The notes under the pieces were generated by a model. It made no database searches, was not told the DNA's origin, and worked only from the letters and a program-made list of their open reading frames with translations. A program made the translations under genes and the position numbers. DNA of 64,000 nucleotides from Chitinophagales bacterium (GTDB lineage: Bacteria; Bacteroidota; Bacteroidia; Chitinophagales; Chitinophagaceae). Where the stretch lies: NCBI GenBank assembly GCA_021323755.1, contig JAJPKJ010000051.1, positions 403 through 64,402 of the forward strand, written 5' to 3'. Within the stretch, counting starts at the first letter, position 1. Every line of letters starts with the position of its first letter. Positions 1 through 10,127 of the stretch are shown here, piece by piece.

Positions 1-285
1 TTTGTTTTGTATAAGAATGCTGCTTAATAAAATCATAAAAGGCAAAAGGGTAGACTGCAATCCAACAACCAATATATCTTGTTGAATTTGCTATTGAACA
101 ACGATGGTTTGACCCTAACACAAGAGATGGACGAATCCCCCTCGTCCATGATCATAATGTGCTGGGAAGCCGCAAAGATGCCATTATAACCTACTTATTA
201 ACAACAAATTCACTTGTTAAAAATATTTTACCTTGGGATGCAACAAGGTTGAGAAATCGGTGACTTTATTATACAACATTCAAAA

Positions 286-855
286 ATGCAGACTTTTTTG
301 GAACAAACTGCACCAATACTACACGATGAACTGGTTGAAAGATGCAAGCACGGCGATGCCAAGGGCTATGCGGAGATCTACCAGAAATATGCAAAGGCGA
401 TGTATAATACCAGCCTGCGGATCGTGAACAATACAGGTGATGCAGAAGACGTACTGCAGGAAGCATTTGTGGATGCGTTCGGTTCTTTGGAAGCATTTCA
501 ATATAAATCAACATTTGGTGCATGGCTGAAAAAGATCGTTATCAATAAATCCATCAATCAATTGCGAAAAAGAAAAATGGATCTGATAGAGATTGAAAAA
601 ACAAATGTTGGCTATCTGCCGGAAGAAGAATCGCTTGATGAAAAAGAGGTGCAACTAAAAGTAGATGAAGTGAAAAAAGCAGTGAAGCAGTTGCCAAATG
701 GTTACCGGACAGTGTTGAGTTTGTATTTATTTGAAGGATACGATCACGAAGAGATAGCGGAAATTTTACGCGTTTCTCATGCTACAGTAAGGACGCAATA
801 TATGCGTGCAAAACAAAAATTATTGAGCTTAATTAAACAAGGAGGCTTATCATGA
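286..855 (+). CDS. RNA polymerase sigma factor, sigma-70 family, ECF subfamily
   Basis: 189-aa ORF. Region-2-like LQEAFVDAF...FGAWLKKIVINKSINQLRKRK and a C-terminal region-4 HTH (YRTVLSLYLFEGYDHEEIAEILRVSHATVRTQYMRAKQKL). Confidence 0.9.
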   Translation: MQTFLEQTAPILHDELVERCKHGDAKGYAEIYQKYAKAMYNTSLRIVNNTGDAEDVLQEAFVDAFGSLEAFQYKSTFGAWLKKIVINKSINQLRKRKMDLIEIEKTNVGYLPEEESLDEKEVQLKVDEVKKAVKQLPNGYRTVLSLYLFEGYDHEEIAEILRVSHATVRTQYMRAKQKLLSLIKQGGLS

Positions 856-1571
856 GCGGCCAATTAGAACAATTCATTAATGATCATCGCGATGAGTTTG
901 ATGCTGATGAACCAGCAAACAAAATTTGGGATGATATCCGGCAAAAACTGGAACCAGAAGTAAAAACGCAGACCCGCGTTGTGCGATTCAACTTTATGCG
1001 GTGGAGCGCAGCAGCATCAGTAGTGGTGTTACTCGGAGCAGGTACCTGGTATTTTTTGAGTAATGGCAAGGTTATTCCTGCTGACACAACAAATACCATT
1101 GCACAAAATAAACCGACTGAAAAAGCGCAAACCAAGCCTACCAATAATCTTCCGCAAATTGATACTACCAGCAATAAACAAAATCAACAGCAATTAGCGC
1201 AGGTTGATAAACAACGACCTGCTCAGACAAAAAGAAGTGGTGCTGATGCAGGCGGTATGGAATCTGAGGTAAAAAAGGAAATGTTCTACTATGCAAAAAT
1301 TGTAGAGATAAAACATGACGAATTAAAAAAGATCAAAAAAGATGAACCGTTATTATATAAACAGTTTGCGGGCGATGTTTATAAACTTGACAGCGTATAC
1401 CAGTCATTAAAGAAACAATTGCCTAAAAACCCCAATCGCGAACAACTGCTGGAAGCTATGATTCAAAATTTACAACTGCAGATGGAATTATTGAATCGCC
1501 AGTTAAACATTATCAAACAAATAAACAATTCAAAAAAATCAGCGTATGAACAAGCTTACAAATCTGCTTAA
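852..1571 (+). CDS. putative anti-sigma factor (single-pass membrane protein)
   Basis: Its ATG overlaps the sigma stop (ATGA at 852-855). Short N-terminal cytoplasmic segment, one TM helix (WSAAASVVVLLGAGTWYFL), Q/K-rich linker and a helical C-terminal domain. Position directly after an ECF sigma gene supports the call. Confidence 0.6.
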   Translation: MSGQLEQFINDHRDEFDADEPANKIWDDIRQKLEPEVKTQTRVVRFNFMRWSAAASVVVLLGAGTWYFLSNGKVIPADTTNTIAQNKPTEKAQTKPTNNLPQIDTTSNKQNQQQLAQVDKQRPAQTKRSGADAGGMESEVKKEMFYYAKIVEIKHDELKKIKKDEPLLYKQFAGDVYKLDSVYQSLKKQLPKNPNREQLLEAMIQNLQLQMELLNRQLNIIKQINNSKKSAYEQAYKSA

Positions 1572-2640
1572 TATTGTTTCCCTCATTGCATTATTGTCTG
1601 TGCCCGCATTCAGTTTTGCGGGAACCGGTGATGGTGGAGAGAAAAAGAAAAACATCAGCAAATCCTATAATGTCGGAGGCAGCGACAAATTATCAATTGA
1701 AAATTCGTTTGGCAGCGTCATCATCAACACCTGGGACAAAAGTGAATTCAAAGTTGATATTGAAATTTATGCAAAAGCAAAAACAGATGAACAGGCACAA
1801 AAAATTCTTGATAAAATAAAAGTTGATGATTCTCAATCCGGGGGCGAGGTGTCTTTTAAAACCACTGTTGGAAATATCGGTTCCAAACACAATAAGAATG
1901 ATGGCGATGACGACGATGATGATGGGGGCAATTCCAATCACGATTCTAATGGAAAGGACCAGGAATTTCATATCAACTATGTTGTGTACATGCCATCCAC
2001 AAATCCGCTTAAAATTATAAATCAGTTTGGTAAAACAACTGTTCCGGATTTCAAAGGAAATGCAGATATAACAAGCAAGTTCGGAGAATTGACTGCAGGT
2101 AACCTCGATAATGTTGAACAGGTAGATGTCGAATTTGGAAAAGGACAGATCGGCAATGTACATAATGGTAAAGTCAGTTTTAAGTTTGATGGAAGTTCAC
2201 TGGTTAAAAATGTCAGCGGTTCTGTAAAATTGAATGTGGAGTTTTCAGAAGCCCAGTTTGGGGTGTCTGATAATATCGATGAACTTTCTCTTAATAATTC
2301 CTATTCCTCAGTTAATTTGATCGTAACGAAAAATTTATCGGCAAGCTTTAATATTCACAACAGTTTTGGTGATTTTAATAATAAGACGGATTTTACCATT
2401 AAAGAACAAGGGGATGATGACGATGATAACAATGGTCCCAAGTTTGATAAAGATTGGAAAGGAATGGCAGGCGATGGAAAAGCAAAAATTAAAATTAAAA
2501 GCAGTTTTGGTGAAGTAAAGTTATCGCATGATTTTATGAAGCAAAGCGAGGAACAGAAAGAACATGCGGAGAAGAAAGAACGCAAAGAAAGAAAGGAAAA
2601 GAAAGAAAAGAAAGAAAAAGAGGAAGACAATGAATCTTAA
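1546..2640 (+). CDS. secreted beta-strand-repeat protein (DUF4097/putative-adhesin-like) with poly-Asp tracts and a Lys/Glu-rich tail
   Basis: Signal peptide MNKLTNLLNIVSLIALLSVPAFSFA. Repetitive G-x-V/I short-strand pattern. DGDDDDDDGG and GDDDDDNNG tracts. C-terminal KKERKERKEKKEKKEKEEDNES. Overlaps the upstream gene by 26 nt. The family name is from memory. Confidence 0.55.
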   Translation: MNKLTNLLNIVSLIALLSVPAFSFAGTGDGGEKKKNISKSYNVGGSDKLSIENSFGSVIINTWDKSEFKVDIEIYAKAKTDEQAQKILDKIKVDDSQSGGEVSFKTTVGNIGSKHNKNDGDDDDDDGGNSNHDSNGKDQEFHINYVVYMPSTNPLKIINQFGKTTVPDFKGNADITSKFGELTAGNLDNVEQVDVEFGKGQIGNVHNGKVSFKFDGSSLVKNVSGSVKLNVEFSEAQFGVSDNIDELSLNNSYSSVNLIVTKNLSASFNIHNSFGDFNNKTDFTIKEQGDDDDDNNGPKFDKDWKGMAGDGKAKIKIKSSFGEVKLSHDFMKQSEEQKEHAEKKERKERKEKKEKKEKEEDNES

Positions 2641-2706
2641 AAATTAGCAGTATCGTCAAACTTTACATACTGACTCCCGACATATTTTAAATTTTATTTG
2701 CAAACA

Positions 2707-2743
2707 AGAGACAACAACTTAAATTGTTGTCTCTTTTCTTTTT
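2707..2743 (+). terminator. rho-independent terminator
   Basis: 11-bp stem AGAGACAACAA/TTGTTGTCTCT with a 6-nt loop, followed by TTTCTTTTT. It overlaps the TTG at 2724, which argues for the downstream ATG at 2757. Confidence 0.75.
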
Positions 2744-2756
2744 AAAACGAACTGTC

Positions 2757-3155
2757 ATGAAAAAAATGATTTTGATCCTGCTGTCGGCTTTCGCTTTTAT
2801 TAACTGCTCTACGGCGCAGGACAGCACGGGAAATAAACCGGCTGGAGGAGTGGAGATAAAACAATATTTTTTTGTAATGCTCACCCGGGGACTTCACCGC
2901 GATCAGGATTCTGTGACCGCTGAAAAAATACAGAATGGGCATATGGCCAATATTCGCAGGCTTGCAGGCATGGGTAAGATCCTGGTTGCCGGCCCCTTTG
3001 GAGATGATATCAACTGGCGAGGTATTTTTATTTTCGATTGCAAAACAAAAGAAGAGGTGGAGGAATATTTAAAAACGGATCCGGCCGTCGCTGCAGGGAG
3101 ACTGGCTTATGAGATCCATCCCTGGCTCACCGGAAAAAATTGTTTGTTTAAATAA
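2757..3155 (+). CDS. YciI-like protein with signal peptide
   Basis: The ORF-track start at 2724 is a TTG inside the terminator. ATG at 2757 gives MKKMILILLSAFAFINCSTAQ (lipoprotein-type signal). The body KQYFFVMLTRG...VAGPFGD...AAGRLAYEIHPW resembles the YciI family. Confidence 0.65.
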   Translation: MKKMILILLSAFAFINCSTAQDSTGNKPAGGVEIKQYFFVMLTRGLHRDQDSVTAEKIQNGHMANIRRLAGMGKILVAGPFGDDINWRGIFIFDCKTKEEVEEYLKTDPAVAAGRLAYEIHPWLTGKNCLFK

Positions 3156-3167
3156 GATCACCAATAC

Positions 3168-4424
3168 ATGTTCAACGCAACATTATCATTTGCGCAGCAA
3201 AAAGATGCGCAGGACGAATTAAGGAAATTCAGCAATGAATTTTATTTCCCCCAGCATAATAACAGAAACGCAATTTATTTTTGCGGCAACTCACTTGGAT
3301 TGCAACCTAAAAATGTTGCATCTGCAATCCAACAGGAATTGAAAGACTGGCAAAACCTTGGCGTTGGCGGATATCTGCATGCCAAGAACCCATGGCTTTA
3401 TTATCAACATAATTTTAGTCAACCACTTGCCGGAATAGTGGGATCGAAGGAAAAGGAAGTAACGGTGATGAATACACTAACCGTTAACCTGCATTTGATC
3501 TTACTGTCTTTTTATCATCCAACAAAAAATAGGTTTAAGATCATGATGGAAGCGGGCGCTTTTCCTTCCGATCAATATGCGATAGAAACGCAGGTAAGAT
3601 TTTATGGGTTGGATCCCGATGAGGCAATAATTGAGATCACACCACGCGATGGAGAAAAATTGATCGGCGATGAAGATATTCTTGCAGCGATCGAAAAAAA
3701 CAAAGAATCCCTGGCATTAATATTATTTGGCGGCATCAATTATTATTCCGGGCAGGTATTTGATATGAAAGAAATTACCGGCGCAGCACATAGGGCGGGC
3801 GCGATCGCCGGATTTGATCTGGCACACGCTGTTGGTAATATTCCATTGCAATTGCACGATTGGGATATCGATTTTGCCGTTTGGTGTTCATATAAATATC
3901 TCAATGGTGGGCCGGGTGCAGTAGGCGGGGCGTATGTGCATGAACGTTATACTCAAAACAAGGATCATATCAGGCTGGCGGGCTGGTGGGGTAATGATGA
4001 AAAGACGCGGTTCAAAATGGAGAAAGGATTTGTTGCAAAACCTGATGCGAGTGGCTGGAACATTAGCACAGCCCAGGTATTTAATATGGTCTCATTAAAA
4101 GCATCTTTGGAAATATTTGAGCAAACCGACATCCAATCCTTAAGGGTTAAAAGTGAAGAGCTGACAGCCTATCTTGAATTTCTATTGAACAGTTTGGATA
4201 ATCTTGATTTCGAAATAATAACGCCGGCAGACAAAGAAAAAAGGGGAGCACAATTATCCCTATTTTTTAAAGAAGACGGGAAAGCTATCCATCAAAAAAT
4301 GATTGATGACGGAATTGTCCTTGATTACCGTGAACCAGGGGTGATCCGTGTAGCGCCGGCACCACTTTATAATTCATTTGAAGATGTATATCGCTTTTAT
4401 GAGATTTTGAAGAACTTTAAGTAA
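3168..4424 (+). CDS. kynU: kynureninase
   Basis: 418 aa. N-terminal FYFPQ...NAIYFCGNSLGLQPK and WCSYKYLNGGPG (PLP-lysine region) are typical of kynureninase. Confidence 0.9.
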   Translation: MFNATLSFAQQKDAQDELRKFSNEFYFPQHNNRNAIYFCGNSLGLQPKNVASAIQQELKDWQNLGVGGYLHAKNPWLYYQHNFSQPLAGIVGSKEKEVTVMNTLTVNLHLILLSFYHPTKNRFKIMMEAGAFPSDQYAIETQVRFYGLDPDEAIIEITPRDGEKLIGDEDILAAIEKNKESLALILFGGINYYSGQVFDMKEITGAAHRAGAIAGFDLAHAVGNIPLQLHDWDIDFAVWCSYKYLNGGPGAVGGAYVHERYTQNKDHIRLAGWWGNDEKTRFKMEKGFVAKPDASGWNISTAQVFNMVSLKASLEIFEQTDIQSLRVKSEELTAYLEFLLNSLDNLDFEIITPADKEKRGAQLSLFFKEDGKAIHQKMIDDGIVLDYREPGVIRVAPAPLYNSFEDVYRFYEILKNFK

Positions 4425-4454
4425 GACCCGGATATTTAATCGTAGTCGAGCAGT

Positions 4455-5675
4455 TTGGTTCACAAACATTTTAATAATAAGGTGAAAAAGAAAATTCCTG
4501 ATTTTTTTAAGCATTTGACTTTCTATGTACTCATTGCATTGGTGCTGGCGATTTTTCTGGGATATTTTTTTCCGGCTGTCGCCATTAAAATGGAGCCACT
4601 CGGAACATGGTTTGTAAAAGTGATCAAGTTTTTTATTCCGCCGATCATTTTTTTAACGATCGTTCTTGGTATAAGCGGTATGAGCGACCTGAAAAAAGTT
4701 GGAAGGATCGGCGTAAAATCATTATTGTATTTTGAAATAGTGACCACCATTTCTCTTGCTATTGGAATTTTACTGGCCAATATTATTAAGCCCGGAAAGA
4801 TCGGGAAGTCCGGTTTGCCGATTCAGGACGCGTCAAATTATACCAAGCATGCTGCCAAAGGCATTGACTGGACGGCATTTTTTCTTTCAAATCTTACCCT
4901 ACAGGTTTTGGTAGCTGCGATTATTGCTGGAATAATTCTCAGTCTGGTGAAAGAAAAAGGGAAAATGATCTTTTATCTGGATCTTGCTACCAAGTTTGTT
5001 TTTAAAGCTTTAAAATATGTGATGTATCTCGCGCCGGTTGGCGCTTTTGGCGGAATGGCATTTACCATCGGCAAATACGGAATCAATACTTTATTGCCAT
5101 TATTGAAATTGATGCTTACGGTTTATTGCACGATGGCTGTCTTTATTTTTCTCGTTCTCGGATCCGTTCTTCGTTATTATAAATTGAATATCTGGACTTA
5201 TTTAAAAAGAATTAAAGAAGAGATATTGTTTGTGCTGGGCACTTCTTCATCAGAAGCTGCGCTGCCATCATTAATGAATAAGCTTGAGCAAATGGGATGC
5301 AGCAAGTCTGTGGTTGGTCTCGTAGTGCCGACCGGTTATTCTTTTAACCTTGATGGCACTTCCATTTATCTTTCGATGGCGACGATTTTTTTGGCGCAGT
5401 TGTATAATGTACATCTTTCAGCAGGAGAGTTGATTTCTATTCTTGGCATTTTGATGATCACATCAAAAGGCGCTGCCGGTGTTACTGGCAGCGGGTTTAT
5501 TGTGCTTGCCTCCACATTGACGGCGATCCAAAAAATTCCCGTCGAAGGATTAGCGTTCCTGTTGGCGATCGATAAATTCATGAGTGAGGCAAGAGCGATC
5601 ACCAATATTATTGGTAATGGAGTTGCAACATTAGTCATTGCCAAGAGCGAAAATGATTTTACTGAAAAGAAATAA
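4455..5675 (+). CDS. dicarboxylate/amino acid:cation symporter (DctA/GltP family)
   Basis: About 8-10 TM segments and the conserved SSSEAALPSLM...PTGYSFNLDGTSIY motif. The start is uncertain: TTG at 4455 or GVG-type GTG at 4482, with no nearby ATG. Confidence 0.85.
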   Translation: MVHKHFNNKVKKKIPDFFKHLTFYVLIALVLAIFLGYFFPAVAIKMEPLGTWFVKVIKFFIPPIIFLTIVLGISGMSDLKKVGRIGVKSLLYFEIVTTISLAIGILLANIIKPGKIGKSGLPIQDASNYTKHAAKGIDWTAFFLSNLTLQVLVAAIIAGIILSLVKEKGKMIFYLDLATKFVFKALKYVMYLAPVGAFGGMAFTIGKYGINTLLPLLKLMLTVYCTMAVFIFLVLGSVLRYYKLNIWTYLKRIKEEILFVLGTSSSEAALPSLMNKLEQMGCSKSVVGLVVPTGYSFNLDGTSIYLSMATIFLAQLYNVHLSAGELISILGILMITSKGAAGVTGSGFIVLASTLTAIQKIPVEGLAFLLAIDKFMSEARAITNIIGNGVATLVIAKSENDFTEKK

Positions 5676-5687
5676 TGGCGCATCATT

Positions 5688-6197
5688 TTATCTGCTGCCA
5701 AAATCCTGCGTCCAATAAGTTCCATCTTTTCCCGATCCCATCTCTCTGAAGCCGGCATCCATAATATTCATGCAATGTCCTTCACTTTGCAGCCAGGCGT
5801 TCATTACGGATTGTTCATCCGGATAACCTTCTGCAATATTTTCTCCATATGAAGTCCAGATATAACCAGCAGCCGTGATGCGATCACCGGGAGAAGAGCC
5901 GTCAAGCCCGGTGTGGCTGAAATAATTATTGGTGAGCATATCCATGCTGTGGGCCAGAGCCACTTGCGCCAATGTATCATTCCACTTGAGGGCACCTACT
6001 GGAGGCATCAGGGTTGTTCCGCAAGTGCAACCTTTTGCCCGCGCTGCATTTACCAATTGCAACATTAATGGCTGACTATTATTGGTGGAACTGGAATCGG
6101 ATTTCGTGTTTGCTGGTAAGGAGGTATCTTTTTTACAGGAATAGAAAAAGACAGCAAAGACGAATAGGAATAATATCAGGATCTTGAGTGGTTTCAT
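5688..6197 (-). CDS. CAP (SCP/PR1-like) domain lipoprotein
   Basis: YFSHTGLDGSSPGDRI...YGENIA...WLQSEGHCMNIM is a CAP-domain signature. The ORF-track start at 6230 is TTG. ATG at 6197 gives MKPLKILILFLFVFAVFFYSC (lipobox). Confidence 0.8.
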   Translation of the reverse strand: MKPLKILILFLFVFAVFFYSCKKDTSLPANTKSDSSSTNNSQPLMLQLVNAARAKGCTCGTTLMPPVGALKWNDTLAQVALAHSMDMLTNNYFSHTGLDGSSPGDRITAAGYIWTSYGENIAEGYPDEQSVMNAWLQSEGHCMNIMDAGFREMGSGKDGTYWTQDFGSR

Positions 6198-6284
6198 AAG
6201 CGGATTTGCAGCAAATAAATCAAAAATCAAACCAATAATTATCGGAGAATAGTTAATGGTACCAAATAAATTGAGCGTGGCTTG

Positions 6285-7382
6285 TCAGAAATTACAGGCA
6301 AGACCAATGGCCGGGTATTGACCCAGTAGCTCGTATCTCCATTCGGCTTTAACATAGAAATTTTTGCTAAAATGCCCTTCGATTCCCACAGCCCCAATTG
6401 CAGATATTCCAAATTTATTTGAGCTGGTAGAGCCGGGAATACCAGAGTAGACACTGTAGGTAGATTGCTCCATCAAATAAGCTGCGGCAAAGCCTCCATA
6501 GACAAATGGCTGAACGATCCCACGAAGAAGATTATACTGGACGGTTAAAGGGATACTAAAAATTTCATCTTTGGTTACGCTAAGATCAACCGAGCTGCCA
6601 AAACCTTTTTCTCTATCATCATGGGAAGTGTATGAATAATGAGCGCCAATATTTATGGATAGATTTTTAGATAATTGCGGATACGTTATGCTCAGGGCTG
6701 CATCGGCGGTAAACTGGCTCCGGTTCTTCCCTAAAACAATGCCGCCAGCAAAAAACGTAACCCCCATGCGGGTCTTTGCTTTTTGATAATAATTTGTTGA
6801 TGATGTGTTCGGAGCAATGCAATTATTGAGCTTATTGACGAATGATGAAATTTCTTTTTCACTATAGGTGATCTCCAGCGAATGCAAACTGCGCTCGCTG
6901 CAGGACGCTGCTAGCAATTGAAGACGGGAGATATAGTTGCCTTCAATCTTTGTTTCGCCATTGGTATTTTCAACACTATTGTAAAGAAAGTTGGAAATAT
7001 TATTCCCCAATACGACAAAATACGTCTGTTCATTTTCAATATAACAGTACAGATTGTAAAAACCAGTCACCAATTGCAGCGCATAGCATGTTCTGCTGGA
7101 GGCGGAATCCGATAGTGTATTTTTGAAAGAAATTGATTTATAAAGATCTCCTGATCCGTATCGGAATGCAGTCACTTCTTGGGGAGTGAATGTCTGAATG
7201 GATGAACTGCTATTATCCGTTTTGAATTTTATGGTATTTACAATATCCGCTCTCAATTCTTCCTGAAGATATCCATTGAGGGTGTCTCCATTTGTTTTTA
7301 CAATAAAACCTGGAGAGAAAGTTTGGGCGAAAGAAGAAAATGAAATGGCGATTAACAGCACAGTGATAGTAATGCGTTTCAT
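6285..7382 (-). CDS. hypothetical secreted protein, probable outer-membrane beta-barrel C-terminal half
   Basis: Signal peptide MKRITITVLLIAISFSSFAQ. The C-terminal half has alternating-hydrophobic strands and an aromatic terminal residue (...GLACNF). Confidence 0.55.
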   Translation of the reverse strand: MKRITITVLLIAISFSSFAQTFSPGFIVKTNGDTLNGYLQEELRADIVNTIKFKTDNSSSSIQTFTPQEVTAFRYGSGDLYKSISFKNTLSDSASSRTCYALQLVTGFYNLYCYIENEQTYFVVLGNNISNFLYNSVENTNGETKIEGNYISRLQLLAASCSERSLHSLEITYSEKEISSFVNKLNNCIAPNTSSTNYYQKAKTRMGVTFFAGGIVLGKNRSQFTADAALSITYPQLSKNLSINIGAHYSYTSHDDREKGFGSSVDLSVTKDEIFSIPLTVQYNLLRGIVQPFVYGGFAAAYLMEQSTYSVYSGIPGSTSSNKFGISAIGAVGIEGHFSKNFYVKAEWRYELLGQYPAIGLACNF

Positions 7383-7456
7383 ATTAGCTAAGCAGTTTTA
7401 GAGGTTAATGCTTGAAAATAGCAAACTTTTCTTTATCATCAGCTAGGTAAAAACAC

Positions 7457-8260
7457 TTATGTTACATAGATCATCATTTCCTGATGATATTGCAGGGCTT
7501 TTATTGCCGCTCTTTCTATGAAATCTTCTTTATCGGAGCTATAGATGATATCTCGACTAACGTTGACCAGTATCCCACAGTCTTTTGTTATGGCTTTTTC
7601 GGAAATTTCTTTCAAACTTCCGCCTTGGGCGCCAACGCCGGGAACAAGATAAAAATGATCGGGACTTAGTTGCCTGATCTTTTCAAACTGACTGGACTGG
7701 GTAGCGCCAATCACAAACATGGTATTTTCAGGGGTGCCCCACCGGGAGATGGTTGAAATAACTTTTTCGTATAAAAATTCATCGCCGGTCTTTTGTAGTT
7801 CAAAATCTTTTGCGCCGGCGTTGGATGTTAACCCCAGAACAATCGCCCATTTATTTTCATATTCTAAAAATGGTCTTACGCTGTCTTCCCCCATATAAGG
7901 GGCAACGGTTATTGCATCAAAATTCAAGGTCTCAAAAAAGGCCTTCGCATATTGAGCCGATGTATTGCCAATATCACCGCGTTTGGCGTCAGCGATCTTA
8001 AAATGAGTTGAAGGGATATGAGCGATCGTTTTTTCCATCGCTTCCCAGCCGATCAGCCCCAAAGCTTCATAAAAAGCAGTGTTGAGTTTATACCCGACGC
8101 AATGATTTTTAGTCGCGTCAATTATTCTTTTATTGAATTCAAAGACAGGGTCGCTATAGGAGAGAAGATGACGGGGGATCCTGGTAATATCTGTATCCAA
8201 TCCAACGCAGAGATAGGATTTTTTTTGCCTGATGTTTTCAATCAATTGCGAACGCGTCAT
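7457..8260 (-). CDS. pyrF: orotidine 5'-phosphate decarboxylase (type 2)
   Basis: 267 aa. YLCVGLDTD...KIADAKRGDIGNT...VPGVGAQGG motifs. Confidence 0.9.
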   Translation of the reverse strand: MTRSQLIENIRQKKSYLCVGLDTDITRIPRHLLSYSDPVFEFNKRIIDATKNHCVGYKLNTAFYEALGLIGWEAMEKTIAHIPSTHFKIADAKRGDIGNTSAQYAKAFFETLNFDAITVAPYMGEDSVRPFLEYENKWAIVLGLTSNAGAKDFELQKTGDEFLYEKVISTISRWGTPENTMFVIGATQSSQFEKIRQLSPDHFYLVPGVGAQGGSLKEISEKAITKDCGILVNVSRDIIYSSDKEDFIERAAIKALQYHQEMMIYVT

Positions 8261-8321
8261 TAATAAATTTTTGCAAAGAAAAGAAATAAAGAATTGATAA
8301 TTGAAAAATGATAATCATCCG

Positions 8322-8978
8322 TCAATTGTCATTATTGTCATTTTTTTCATCGCCAAAAACAAATTTTTCTCTTTGGTGCATGACCGATGCAATATTTTTT
8401 GCATCCTCATCCTGTCTGCTCAATTCTTCAATGATGTTTTGATAGCTTTTTTTGTCCCGATTCTGACTCAACTTAAAAACATGTTCAACAGCAGTGATCT
8501 CTATTTCAAATGCAACGATCGCCTGCATGAGTTTTTCAACATAATCCTTTTCCATTTTATGCACTAGGGAAGGTGAATGCGGATTGCTTTCAAATTTTTC
8601 GGTCGGCCGGGTCAATACCTCCAATAATTTTTCCTGATCCAAAAACTTTAAAATTCCGTGTGCATGGACAGCCTGATAATTCCAGGTGCTGGCTGTTTTT
8701 TTATTTTCATACCAACTGGCGCTTACATAAGTATGTGCCCCGTGAAAAATGGCGAGTACATTTTGATTTTGTTCAAAGGCACTGGTGTGCGTTTGTTTTT
8801 TCATGACATGGGCGAGCAGAAATAATTTATCATCTCTTTCTTCAAAAAGAACAGGAATATGTGTCGCAACAGGCTTTTCAGTCTTATCGATTCCGCAGAG
8901 GATAATAAAGGGATGAGCATGCATAAACTCGATCACTTCCTTTTCATCGCTTGCTTTGAAATATGGGATATTGTACAT
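8322..8978 (-). CDS. FMN-binding negative transcriptional regulator (PaiB family)
   Basis: 218 aa. MYNIPYFKASDEKEVIEFMHAHPF...ATHIPVL...AHGILKF pattern typical of PaiB. Confidence 0.8.
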   Translation of the reverse strand: MYNIPYFKASDEKEVIEFMHAHPFIILCGIDKTEKPVATHIPVLFEERDDKLFLLAHVMKKQTHTSAFEQNQNVLAIFHGAHTYVSASWYENKKTASTWNYQAVHAHGILKFLDQEKLLEVLTRPTEKFESNPHSPSLVHKMEKDYVEKLMQAIVAFEIEITAVEHVFKLSQNRDKKSYQNIIEELSRQDEDAKNIASVMHQREKFVFGDEKNDNNDN

Positions 8979-9029
8979 AAAAATCTTTAGGGTTTACAAT
9001 CCTGAGTTCCTGAAACCAGGAGCTCAACA

Positions 9030-10127
9030 CTAAATGACCTCGGCAACTTTTGCCGTGTTGATATGTGCGTTTATCATGGCTGCACTGCGCACCGCATTGC
9101 CGGCAAATTCGATGAACGCATTTTTCGAGACTTCGTCATTACTGACCATCGCCGGTATTCCCATATCTCCTCCTTCACGAATACTTTGCACCAGCGGGAT
9201 TTGGCCGAGGAAAGGGATATCGTATTCATCGGCGAGTTTCTTTCCGCCATCTTTTCCGAAAATAAAATATTTATTACCCGGTAATTCTGCCGGCGTGAAG
9301 TAACTCATATTTTCTACCAATCCTATCAAGGGAACTTTCAACTGCGTTTGACCGAACATCGCAATTCCTTTTTTTGCATCAGCGAGTGCAACATCCTGCG
9401 GGGTTGTTACGATGATCACTCCGGTAACCGGAACAGTTTGCACCAGTGTCAAGTGAATATCGCCGGTGCCGGGAGGCATATCAATGACCAGGTAATCCAG
9501 TTCATCCCAATATACGTCCGAAACGAATTGACGAATGGCGCTGCTCACCATGGGTCCGCGCCAGACAACAGCGCTTTTTTCATCAACCAATAAACCGATA
9601 CTCATCAGTTTAATTCCAAACTTCTCTATCGGAATGATCTTGCCTTTTCCATCCACGTCCATCATTTTTGGTCTTTCGCCGCGAAGGCCAAACATGATCG
9701 GCAGACTTGGTCCGTAAATATCAGCGTCCATCAACCCCACCGATGCCCCGCCTTTCGCTAAGGCCAATGCAAAATTTGCAGCGACTGTACTTTTTCCGAC
9801 TCCACCTTTTCCGCTGACGACAGCAATAATGTTCTGGACTTTGGGTAATAATGCGTGTCCGTCTTTTCTTGCTGTTGTGGTGTTGGCAGTAAATTTTACA
9901 TTCACCACCGCCTCTTTATTGACCAATAATTTTATCGCGTTTATGCAGGCATTCTTGATCATATCCTTCATGGGACAGGCGGGAGTTGTCAGGACAACGG
10001 TGAATGAAATATAATTCCCTTCCACTTGAACATCCTTGACCATGTTCAATGTAACAATATCTTTTCCCAGATCTGGTTCCTGAACATTACTCAATGCCTC
10101 CAGTACTTTTTCTTTGCTCATGCTCAA
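9030..10127 (-). CDS. apbC: Mrp/NBP35 family Fe-S cluster carrier ATPase
   Basis: N-terminal DUF59-like domain, deviant Walker A VSGKGGVGKST and a CxxC-less Mrp signature. The start codon is TTG (forward caa at 10125-10127). Confidence 0.92.
   Translation of the reverse strand: MSMSKEKVLEALSNVQEPDLGKDIVTLNMVKDVQVEGNYISFTVVLTTPACPMKDMIKNACINAIKLLVNKEAVVNVKFTANTTTARKDGHALLPKVQNIIAVVSGKGGVGKSTVAANFALALAKGGASVGLMDADIYGPSLPIMFGLRGERPKMMDVDGKGKIIPIEKFGIKLMSIGLLVDEKSAVVWRGPMVSSAIRQFVSDVYWDELDYLVIDMPPGTGDIHLTLVQTVPVTGVIIVTTPQDVALADAKKGIAMFGQTQLKVPLIGLVENMSYFTPAELPGNKYFIFGKDGGKKLADEYDIPFLGQIPLVQSIREGGDMGIPAMVSNDEVSKNAFIEFAGNAVRSAAMINAHINTAKVAEVI

Noticed and set aside
129-147. Hairpin GGACGA-atccccc-TCGTCC near the window start, considered as a tRNA/tmRNA T-arm or terminator
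   Set aside because: It has no flanking acceptor or anticodon structure, no TTCGAATC-type T-loop, and no U-tract on either strand. The first 285 bp are otherwise uninformative.
2560-2632. Purine-rich AAAG/GAAA repeat stretch
   Set aside because: It is explained by the in-frame Lys/Glu-rich C-terminal tail of the 1546-2640 protein. It is not an independent DNA repeat or regulatory element.
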